From assembly GCF_000372725.1 (NCBI RefSeq), contig NW_005201403.1:124001-188000 (forward strand): 64,000 nucleotides of DNA. The letters are read 5' to 3'. Made by a program: the position numbers and the translations under genes. The DNA is from Emiliania huxleyi CCMP1516 (lineage: Eukaryota). Below are positions 33,558 to 43,946 of the stretch, one piece after another. The first letter of the stretch is position 1, and each line of letters starts with the position of its first letter. The notes below the pieces were generated by a model that worked only from the letters and a program-made list of their open reading frames with translations, was not told the DNA's origin and did not search any database.

Positions 33558-35725
33558 TCATAGGAAGAGCGACTGGTCAGCGGCGAAGGCGGCGAGCGGC
33601 TCGATGAGCGACGACGAGATGAAGTAGAAGAGGATGCCGACCGCAACCTCGCGGAGGCGAGAGGGGAGCGTCGGGCGAGGGGCGGGCGGCGGCGGGGCGC
33701 GGCGCTGTGGCGGCGGCCCGGACTGAGATTGCAGCCAGCAGAGAGGGAAGGCTGTGCTTCAGCGGCCGGTGTGGGCCGGACCGAGATTGGCAGCGCGGGC
33801 AGCACTCGCTCGAGGACGGGGAGGAGGGCGAGGGTGGCGCAGAGGCCGGCCAGGACGGCGATGGCGCAGGCGGCGAAGGCGGTGATCGAGGAGAGGCAGG
33901 CGCGGCCGACGAGGAGCGAGTAGAAGACGAAGTCGCCGAGCCCGAGCTTGATGCCGTGTCCCTCGTACACCAGCCCGGGGATGGGCTCGTCCCGCTGCTC
34001 GGCCGTCTCGACGAGCACTTTGAGAGGCCCGCGGGGGGTGAGCACCTGCCGGGCGGGGAATAATACATAATAGTGTGATGTGTTTATGCCGCGAGGGGGG
34101 TGGGCACCTGCCGGGCGGGGGCTGCTGGTGACCACGATGAACTGCTCGTTCCTCCTCATCAGCCGCGAGGGGGCGAGCACCGGGGAGGGCTGCTGTACTG
34201 CCCACCGCTGTCCATACCCCCACCCTTCCCTTGCTTCTACCCCCACACCCGCCCCTGCCCCCACCCCTGCCCCTCGCCCCTCGCCCCTCGCCCCTCGCCC
34301 CTCGCCCCTCGCCCCTCGCTCGCACCGCGACGATGTCCCAGAGCGCCACCGCGCCGAGGACGCCCCACGTCGTCCACTCAGGCAGCTTGGTCAGGTTGTA
34401 CGCGATGATCGCCTGTGTATACTTGTATTATTCTTATATACTACTATTGCAGCTTGGTCAGGTTGTACGCGATGATCGCCTGTGATAGTTGTATTATTCT
34501 TATATATTACTATTGCAGCATGGTCGGGTTGTGCGCGATGATCGCCTGTCGAGACAAGGCCAGCGAGTGGGTAGTGACGCGCCAGCGGGCGGCTCGGGTC
34601 CGCTCTGTCGGCGGTGATCGCCGAGATGAGCACGAGCGACGTCTGCCGCGAGCGAGGCAAGTCGAAGCCGCACCTTCAGCACCGCAGTGCGCCGTGTTGC
34701 GGCATCGCAGGTGCGCCGTGTGTTGAGCCGAGGCTGCAGGGCGGCGAGGCGAGTCGGCGCCGCACCTGCGCGCGCAGCCGAGGTCGGACCAGAAGACTGC
34801 GGCCGTCCTGTGTGAAGTACGGCGGACGTGTCTTGGACGCGCCCCTCCCGGCCGGACCAGGAGACGGCGCCGGCCGCCCAAACGGCGCAAAGGCTCCCGC
34901 CGCGGCGAGGACGGCGAGGTCGGGGAGGGTTCCGGCCGGGTCGTAGGCGTCTCGCACGCCGCGGAGCAGCTCCGAGCCTGGGGGGGGCAGGGTGGGGCGG
35001 GGTCAGGGCTGGGGGCTGGGGCTGGGGACGTTGCGCAGCAGCAGCAGGCAGCCAGAGACGAAGAGGGCGCCCACGACCGAGAAGAGCAGAAAGCCGTAGA
35101 TGGCCGCGTAGCAGGAGAAGCGGTACAGCAGGACGAGCCTCGCAGGGTTAGGGTAGGGCGAGGGTCAGGGTCGGGGTCAGGGTCAGGGTCAGGGTTAGGG
35201 TTTGGGTCGGGGGTAGCGTGTGGCAAGCGGCGGAGCGGGGCGAGCCCGCACGACGACGAGCTGTGTCTAGGAAGTGTGTACGACGCGCCCGCTCGTCACC
35301 ACAAAGAGGAGGGCGACCATCGCGAGCGCGTTGAGCGCGACGCCGCCGGCGATGGTGGCCGCGTCGTCCGAGGAGTGCTCCTGGTACACCATGATCTCGG
35401 AGAAGCCGGAGGCGGGCTGCTCGGCGGCGTCGACCGTCTTGAGCAGGTAGACGACGATGGCCATCGTCGCGCAGACGGGCGCGAGGAGGGAGGCGACCTG
35501 CGCCGCCGGATCGAGCTCGTACTCGCCGTCGCCGTCGCCGCCGTCGCACTCGCCGCCGGCGCCAGCGCCGCCGCTGCTGCCCGCGCCGCCGCCGCTGCTG
35601 CCGGCGACGTCGCTTAGAGGCTGCGACGACAAGGCGCGGCTGTCGGCTGATGAGGAAGCAGGCTGCTGCGAAGGAGCGGCGCGCTCGACGTCGACGGACG
35701 ACTCTCCGAGCTCGATGTTCTGCAT
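33558..35725 (-). CDS. PSEN: Presenilin (gamma-secretase catalytic subunit), spliced
   Basis: [73 protein letters not shown]. Both catalytic Asp residues and the PAL motif are present. Confidence 0.95.
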
Positions 35726-35779
35726 TCGCGACGGCCAAATCGCGACAGAAAATAACCCGCGCAGCGGACGCGCCGCACC

Positions 35780-36100
35780 CAAGGGTGGCGTACGGCGTGT
35801 TCGAAGGACAGACACGATTCGGGAAGCGCGTCCCGGGAGACGCCCAGGTAAAGGATCCCAACGGAATCGGACCCTGTGGAGAAGAGGAGATACGGACAGC
35901 CTTTGGGGCGGGCATGTGGGGAGGAAAGCTGCCGAGCACGTGGGAGGTGATAGACGCGGAGATGTACGCGATACTCGCATACCTAGCAAAATGGCGAGCG
36001 CGAGCGACACGCGCAGGCGCGACGGTCTAGTACTATGCGACTGCAAACCCGCGCTGCAGCAGATTGAGAATGCGCACCGTCCGTAAAGGGATGCCAGTCC
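35780..36100 (+). mobile_element. Frameshifted RNase H-like fragment of a retroelement
   Basis: VAYGVFEG...GMWGGKLPSTWEVIDAEMYAILAYL, then after a frameshift LVLCDCKPALQQIENA, matching the RNase HI AE..AI and DC..AL motifs. Confidence 0.6.
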
Positions 36101-36597
36101 TGAGGCGATTGCTTACTATAGATCGAAGCTAGAGGCAGTGGTCTTTGTGTGGGTGCCATCGCACGTGGGAATAGCCTGCAACGCATACGCCGACGGGTGG
36201 CGACAGCATACCTGGGAAATAACGACACGGAGGACGCTCAAAAGTGGTGTGGCAGAGAGGACACAGAGAAGAGCAAGAGGGAGATAGTGGACCGACGGAC
36301 GTACGGACACATGTGTCAGAGCGCGCACGAGTGGGTGTGCGAACAATTCCGAAAGACAGTGAGGCCGGGATCGCACACGGCAGGGGTGGCGGGACGGCTG
36401 TGGAGCGAAGTGGCCGTAGCCAGCCTCAAACACCCATGGGACAATAAGATGAGATTGCCAGATGAGAATGGGGGGAAGGACAGGCGAGCGACATTTGACG
36501 ACGTCGGGGATCACGATGTGACGACCAAAACGATCTTGGGAGCCAGAGGGTGAGACAACAGGCCGGGGTGCCACATGGGGCACACCACAGGCGCATT

Positions 36598-37140
36598 CTA
36601 GAGGGGGCGCGCGACTTTGCGCGCGAGGCGGCGCAGCTTGAGAACGGCGGTGGGCGAGAAGCCGCCGCCGAACGTCTCGTGGAGCAGCAGGTTGAAGTTG
36701 TTGCGCTTGACAAAGATCGCGTCGTGGTAGAAATCGCGATGCGCCTTGACGTAGCCGTGGCCGGTCTTGTGGGAGAAGGGTTGGCCGGGCTGCCCGCGCG
36801 CCTTGTTTAGGCGGCGGGCCTTCTCTTCAGTGTTGCCGAAGGCGTAGGAGTGGCCAACGGAGGCGGGCGTGCCGCCACTCGAGGCGTTGCCAACGCCCGT
36901 CGAGGAGGTCTTGAGGAGGGGCGTCCAGAGCTTGACTTCATTTACTTCATCGCATCCTCCCGGTCCCGCATGGGGCTCTGCGAGGTCGACCTTGTACATG
37001 TACCCCTCGTTGTACTGCCGGGTGAGCTCTGGTTTCTCCTTGTCGCCGTGCACGACCGGCGCGTTGGCCGGGGCGCGCATCGCGTCCGCCCAGGCGGCGA
37101 GGACGCCGTCGTGGGGCCGCCGGTGGTGGGCCTTGTTGTA
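36598..37140 (-). mobile_element. Relic of a restriction-like endonuclease (REL) domain of a CRE/R2-type non-LTR retrotransposon
   Basis: HDGVLAAWA...KVDLAE...EVKLW...FGNTEE...LLLHETFGGGFSPTAVLKLRRLAR. No RT domain nearby. Confidence 0.6.
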
Positions 37141-37491
37141 AAGGTAGTCTCCACAATCGCACAGAGATGCTACGATTGCGATGACTGCTGCTCACAATCC
37201 TTCGACTTCTAGGATTGAGAGCGAGGCTGCTCTCAATCCTAGCCGTCTAGAAAAGAAGGTTCACCCACAGTGTAGTCGTGTTGTTGATGTTGTGTCGTGG
37301 ACGTGGTGTGAGCACACAAGACTAGCAGAGTGCACACCTGCCTTGGCGGGCGAGGGTCGTAAGAATCAAAGCCGCTGTGCAGGGACCGTAAAATGAAAAA
37401 CTGCAGCGCTCGCTTTTCCTGCCATGTCCAGGACGCTATACCCCTCCCCGCCTCGTCCGTGATCGGCCCGGCCCGCCCGGTCCGGGACGCG

Positions 37492-40400
37492 ATGAAGTGG
37501 CTCGTGCTCGCCACTGCCACCGCCGCTGCCACCGCCGCTGCCGCCACGGACCCGCGTCGTCTGCAGTGGGAGGACAACTGCGTGTACAACTGTCCCAACG
37601 AGGCGTGGCCCGTGGCCCGCCACACCGCACTCTGGGCACGCCCGTGAGCTGCACCGGCCTCCCTCGTGCGCAGTGGATTGACGACGGCGCGTGCGACCTG
37701 GAGTGTAACATCGAGGCTTGCAACTGGGATGTGCGTGCCCGCTCCCCGCCCGCGTTAGCCACCGGCTGGCACACGAGCTGCGGCTCCCGCGCCTCCGCAG
37801 GGCCGGGACTGCTTCCACGACGCGAGCGAGTGCTTCGAGCAGTCGAACGGCGCTGATTACCGCGGCAAAGTTGATCACACCAAGTCTGGAAGGACCTGCC
37901 AGGTGAAGGGGCGGCCACCCCACCCTCCCGCAGAGGACTCACAGACACACAGCCGAGGAGCTTGCGGTCCGTGTCTCTCCCCGCGGCGCGACCCTCTATA
38001 GCGTACCGATGCTCCTCCCCCTCCCCCCCCCCCCCCCTCGCCCCCGCAGGCTTGGGCCGAGCAGATGCCGTGGCACCACACCATGACCGTCTTTGACTAC
38101 CCCGACGCTGGCTTGGGCGGCCACAACTACTGCCGCAACCCGACCGGCCGCGAGTCTGGGCCGTGGTGCTACACGACCGACTACCCCGACGTGGAGTGGG
38201 AGGAGTGCGACGTGGGGGAGCCGAAGAAGTGAGCGCTGGAGAGAGAGAGACGTCCATGACAAGCCCCTGTTGCCTCACCCGAACACCTCACACGCTCGGT
38301 CATCAGCCTCCGCTCGCCATCCCGCGGCCAGGTGCGACGCCAGCGAGCCGAGCCTGATCGCATCGGCGCAGACCCGCGCTCCCGCGCAGTACGCCAAGCT
38401 GGACGGACGCACGTACGCCAAATGTGAGGGCACGTACAAGCGCTCGGACGACCTGATCCAAGGCAAGCCGATCTGGGACCGCATCGACCCGGACAGCTCG
38501 CGCTTCATCTTCTTCTGCTCGGGCAAGTGGCGTGTCACCGGCTCGCAGTGGCGCGAGGGCCTGCTCGCTGAGAACGGCGGCTCGTGCGGCTCCTTCATCT
38601 CCTCCGACGATGGCGCTGCGGAGTGGTACGCGGCAAAGTGGGATGGCGCGGGCGCCGTCGCCGCCGCCGTCGCGGCGCCCTCGGACGGCCTCATCCCGCT
38701 CAAGCTGCGCGAGGGGTGAGTTCGGCCGAGATCGCGAGATCGAGCGAGATCGGCCAAGGCCATCCGAGATCGAGGGAGATCGAGCGAGATCGAGGCCGCA
38801 CAGCATCACCCGTGAGTGTCTGCGACCGTCACAAGGGGGGGTTCCTCTCCTCCCCCCATCTTCACAGTCACAGTCACCCGCGCCTTCCCTCACTGCCGTC
38901 CATGTGGTGCGTTCGCGCAGGGCCGACGGGCACGTCAAGGAGCTAGAGGTGGTCTACTACGTTGCGAGCTTGCCGCCGAGCATGCAGGGCGTCAAGGCGC
39001 GCGCGGCCCCCCCTCCGCCGCCCACGCCGCCGCCCACGCTGCCGCCCTCTCCGCCGCCGCCCTCGCCGCCGCCTCGGCGCTCCCGAGTCGACCCGAGGTG
39101 TGACCCCGAGGGGATGCGAGACTAGGTGGTGCTGCTGCCGATCCAGGGAGACGCCGACCTCCTCCTCTCCTTCAGCGAGCCGCGTCCCACACGCTCCTCC
39201 GCCACGTGCGACCACAACCCCCTCCCCGCTGCCGCCGCAACCCCCGCAATCACTTCCTCGCTGCCCGACTCGCCTCTGGGTGTGTGACCGGCGTCTCCTC
39301 ACTGCGCTGGCTGCTCGTGCTCAGGTGGCTCGACGAGTCGGTCGGCGTCAAGCAGTTCACGCTGCCCGCCTCCTCCGAGTTCTTTTGCGGCCGGAAGCCG
39401 AGCGAGGACTTCGACGGGCGGCAGCAGGTCGCCGTCCCTTTTCCCTCCTCCCCTCCCCTCCCCTCGATTCACCTCGCCCCTCCGCCCGCAGCGCGCCACG
39501 CTCACCGCCGCCACTACCGTCGCCGCCACCGAGGAGTGCGTCGACGCGGCGACGCCCGGGTACTGCCCCTCGCACCTCAGCGTGTGCGAGACGCTGCTCT
39601 GCCCGAGCTGCCTGCTGCCAGGCACCTCGGAGACTAGACGCCTCTCGGACGCCTCCCAGACACCTCCTAGCCGCCCCCACCGGCGCTCTCGCCCGTGCCA
39701 CCCTTACACCCCTCGCCCCCTCTGGCAGGGCTGTGCGACTACACCTGCGGCTTTTGCAGCGTGCCTCCCCGGCCGCCCCCGCCACCGCCGCCACCGCCGC
39801 TTACCGACGAGGAGGAGTGCAAGCTGCACATCGGCGTCTCTGGCTTCGAGGAGGGCGACTTCAAGCTCTTCCTGTACAACTACACGCAGGACGCGGCCAA
39901 CGCCGTCGCGGGCGGCGACATGATGGACTACGACGACTTTGTGGCCACTTCGTGCTCTCCGGGCTGCGACGACCTGCGCCTCGGCAACGCCGAGTGCGAC
40001 ATCGCCTGCAACACGACCGAGTGCGTGTGGGACGGCGGCGACTGCGGCTACGACGGCGGGTACGGCTTTGAGGACAACTGCGCCACCGCGTGCCCGGTGG
40101 CGTGGATCGGCGACGGCTACTGCGACGAGGCGTGCTACAACTCGGCGTGCCAGTGGGACGGCACCGATTGCACCGCCGACAGCGGGTGCGCCGACGGCTG
40201 CATGCCCAACTGGATCGACGACGACGAGTGCGACGAGCAGTGCAACAACGAGGCGTGCGGCTGGGACGGGCACGACTGCTCGCACGAGGCGGACGAGTGC
40301 TACACGGACAGCCGCGGGATCGACTATCGCGGCCACGTGGCGGTCTCCGCGGCGGGCCACCAGTGCCAGGTCTGGTCACACCAGACGCCCAACGCGCACA

Positions 40401-41377
40401 CCAAGACCGGCCTCGCCTTTCCAACCTTTGGGCTCGGAGGGCACAACTTTTGCCGAAACCCGGGCTCGGCGGAGATTGGGCCGTGGTGCTACACCATCGG
40501 GGGCGCGCGCTGGGAGCTCTGCTCCGTGCCGCCGCCGTCGGACAAGTGCAATGTCGTGCTCACGACATTGGAGGCGCAGGTCACCGAGGGCGACGTCACT
40601 TATGGAGTTGAGGTGTTCCGCCTGACAGAGGAGGATGCGAATCATCACCGGCCGTGGTGGCTAGTGCCTTACGAGAGGCACGACACCGATGCGTCTGCCT
40701 TCAGTGGCGCCGGTGTTATCCTCGGCATCGTCGCCGCAACGATCGTCCTTCTGCAAAGTATCTTTTGGCGGCCTTCCAGTCCGACTTTCAAAGCTCTCCG
40801 CGTGGCCTCCGCCGCCGTGGGGGCTGCCGTTTGTGTGATCGCCGTCGGCTTATTTGGCCTGCAGATTGCGATTGGCGACGGCGTCACGCCTGATCTCCTC
40901 GCCATCATGGCTTGCGGGCAAGTTGGCTGCGCCTGCCTCGTACTGGCCACCACGGTCCGAGTCCCCCTCGGGTGGCGCCGGCTGGCGGGCGCGACCTCAG
41001 TTCTGTCTCTGAGTGCGGCCATCTTGATGTTGGCCCGAGACGTCGTCTTCTGCGCCTCGCACCGTGGCTATTGCGTCACGGAGGGGATTGCGGACGCCGC
41101 GCTCGCCGTTGCCGCCGTGCCTTGGCTGCTGGGCGTGGTCTTGACCACGCATGCCCTCATGTCCAACGATGAAGGGCCTTTGGGCGCCACGCAAAAACTA
41201 CTCCCGCTGGTCGCTGCCAAAGCTGCCGAGCGGGGCGCCGCGAGTGGCACGCTAGTTGTCGGCGGCACCCAGACAACCTTCCCGCCCTTTTGGCTGGCAT
41301 CCCCGACCGCACCCCTGAATGTGTCAGAGGTGGTCCTCGTGGCCAACATGATTAACGAGGGACATGAGAAGGAGTGA
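37492..41377 (+). CDS. Modular membrane protein: signal peptide, LNR (Lin12/Notch) repeats, two kringles, small Cys-rich insert, multi-pass C-terminus
   Basis: WIDDGACDLECNIEACNWD and WIGDGYCDEACYNSACQWDGTDC (LNR). GADYRG...GRTCQ|AW...HNYCRNP...GPWCYT and GIDYRG...CQVWS...HNFCRNP...PWCYT (kringles). About five hydrophobic segments after 40700. Confidence 0.85.
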
Positions 41378-41879
41378 GTCTTCGTCTGGCCGAGCTGTGC
41401 GGTCTTCTGTTGAACGGAACGGTGGATTAATTCCGGCCTGTCATCAATTGGCCTTCTCCAGGGTGCCGAATGCCTTCAGTGGCCACACCCTCGCCCACGC
41501 GGAGACCGTAAATGCCAAGTGTTTCACTAGTACGGAGACCACCGGCAACCGCGACTAATCGGACGCACCGCAACGAACGGGGCCGTAGATGACGTAGATG
41601 GCATTGGGCCAATCCTTGAGTGGGCGCTGAACACTAATTGTGCGTGAGGGTGGATGTGTACTCGGAATGAGGAGTGTCTGATACGTTGTGGCAGTCTAGC
41701 GTGCGTGCAGCGGTGGCTCAGAGCCAGCTCTTGTCTGTCTGGGTTGCAGTATCGGGAGACGAGTTCCCCGTGAAGGTGCCGCAATATCCAATCTTCTTAA
41801 AATCCCTGTGTAGTGGCGGCGTGGCCGGCGTGCCGTCCTCCTGCCAGCCGCATATCCGCATCCTCCCTCCCAGCGCTCC

Positions 41880-42170
41880 CTGTAGACGGCGAGGCGTGCG
41901 GCGCGTCGGTGGTCCGTTCCATCAGCCGCGCGCAAGCCTCGTCGCTGAGGCGCGGCGGCGAGGAGCCCGCGCTCCACTCGTGGAGGCAGCGCGCCGAGGC
42001 CGCGTGCCGGACCAGAGCCGCGAGGGCGGTGCGCGCCCTTTGCTCCCCGACGCGAGCGTCTCGACGTCGGCGAGGATTGAGCAGCTTGGTGTCGCGTGCA
42101 CGCGCGTGAGGCCGACGTTGAGCCGCCGCTCGTCGGCGAGGAAGCCGACCACACCGACCACACCGCGGCA
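41880..42170 (-). pseudogene. Fragment of an SF1 (UPF1/IGHMBP2-like) helicase C-terminal domain
   Basis: VGFLADERRLNVGLTR...ILADVETL corresponds to helicase motif VI (GFL.D.RRLNVA.TRA); degenerate and isolated. Confidence 0.7.
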
Positions 42171-42188
42171 AGAAAGAACCTTTAAGGA

Positions 42189-42335
42189 GGGAGGGATGGG
42201 AGGACGGCACGCCGCCACCACACAGGGATTTTAAGGAGAGGAGTGAGTGTGGAGATTTGTTTGAGTGTGGTGGGAGAGAGAGAGAGAGATCTTCTTCTCT
42301 AGTGTGTGTGGTGCTAGCCGTCGCCCACCCTCGGG
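42189..42335 (-). mobile_element. Repeat family C copy (LINE-like 3' end)
   Basis: Reverse complement of 62269-62350 with an internal insertion. Confidence 0.75.
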
Positions 42336-42419
42336 CGTCTACTTGTGAAGAGAAAGCGGTACAAAAAATAACCGCACTCTCTCACGTTACAAGGGACATT
42401 CTGCAGAGATGCAGGGAGT

Positions 42420-42852
42420 AGCACTTGGAGCACTTGGAGTGCAGTTGGCAGCCTCACATCCAGGGCCGGGGAGCTAAGAAGCGCACCCAGCGGGCCGGAT
42501 GATCGGGATCGGGTTGGCTTGCGGGCAAGAGAGCCCTAGCCCTGGGGGTGCGCGTTCGCAGGGAAAGGGCCGTAGAGTAAAGACGGGTCTCCGAGGGTTG
42601 GCTCCGCGCTCCGGGTTTCCCCTAGCAGCGGAACGCCCCCTCTACTCGGAGCTATAATGAACACCAGACATGCACACGACACGCACTCTCACACGACGTC
42701 ACCGCTCAGGGCCCCTTCGAGCGGGGTCCCCATCCTCACTCCGGCGGAGGCTCCCCTCTCCTCTGTCAGTACTTGGAGCACTTGGAGTGCAGTCATTAAC
42801 CGCACATCCAGGGCCGGGGAGCTAAGAAGCGCACCCAGCGGGCCGGATGATT
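42420..42852 (+). repeat. Repeat family A, two copies
   Basis: Matches 21168-21290, 21585-21790 and 20192-20287. Confidence 0.85.
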
Positions 42853-42991
42853 GGCATCTGTGCGGCCAGATCTTTCTTTCGACAGGACAGGCTGCCAGCA
42901 ACAACGTCATCGAAGCGCCCTCGGTGTGAAGCGGTACGCGGTACGGCCACAATCCTACACCGCGCCGCTGGGCCTAATCCAAGCCAACTAC

Positions 42992-43573
42992 ATGCGCACC
43001 GTTCGCGCACGCAGCGCACTTATCATCATGTCCGCTCTCCTGCTGGCAGTCGCCGCAACGGATAGCGAGGTTGACTGCGGCGCGATGCGGACAAAGGAGC
43101 TGCGAAAGTGGCTGGCGGCTCGAGGGCTCAAGTGTGAGGGGTGCGCGGAGAAGGCCGACTATGTGACGCTGTGTGAGCAGAACAAGGACGCGCCGCTGCT
43201 GCCGCCCGAGGAGCCGCCTGCGGACGCCGGCAAGGGCAAAGACCAGAGCATCGAGGACCTGCTCGCGTCTATGAAGGGGATGCCAGGGATGGAGGGCATT
43301 AAGATGTTCACGGCGGACGACCTGAAGAACATGAACCCGGAGCAGATGGGCGCGTCCATGGGCGGGCGCGGCGGCCGCAAGTCGAGGGCAGAGTGGCGAG
43401 ACGAGCTCGTCGACTTTTACTCGAGGTATGGGCTCGACGACAAGATCGCGGGCGTGGACGCGGCGCTGGACAAGTGGAAGGGGAGGGAGAGCCGCATGTT
43501 CGACGCGCTGTACAAGAAGTACGACGTAGAGATCCGCGCAAAGTCGGACGCCGCCGCAAAGGACGAGGTTTGA
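42992..43573 (+). CDS. ER-luminal protein with an ARMET/MANF-C (SAP-like) domain and a KDEL-like end
   Basis: Signal peptide; MRTKELRKWLAARGLKCEGCAEKADYV; C-terminal KDEV. Confidence 0.8.
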   Translation: MRTVRARSALIIMSALLLAVAATDSEVDCGAMRTKELRKWLAARGLKCEGCAEKADYVTLCEQNKDAPLLPPEEPPADAGKGKDQSIEDLLASMKGMPGMEGIKMFTADDLKNMNPEQMGASMGGRGGRKSRAEWRDELVDFYSRYGLDDKIAGVDAALDKWKGRESRMFDALYKKYDVEIRAKSDAAAKDEV

Positions 43574-43946
43574 CGCCTGTCTTCAATGGCGTCGGGATTT
43601 CTGCAGCAGCGCGAGAGCGCGCGAAGCGCGAGGTCCGAGGACGCTCGCTCGTCTACTCTCTTGTACACAATACTCCGTATTACACTCCCTCACCCCTCTC
43701 CCGGCACTCTCGGCCCGGGACTATTGCCACCCGTGTGTCGTTAGACGTTACCCCCGATCTGTCACGCTGTCATCTTATGAACATTGAGCACACTCTCTCC
43801 ACACCTGCCGCGCCCGCGGCCCCCCGCGCAAGCCCTGGCAAAATTTCAAAGGCGAGAGCCCCGGCTTGCCAAAGCCGGGGCGCGGGGCGGCGCCGCCGGA
43901 CTGGCTGAGTCGGAGACGCGGCCGAGAGTTCTCCGGCCGCGGCCCC

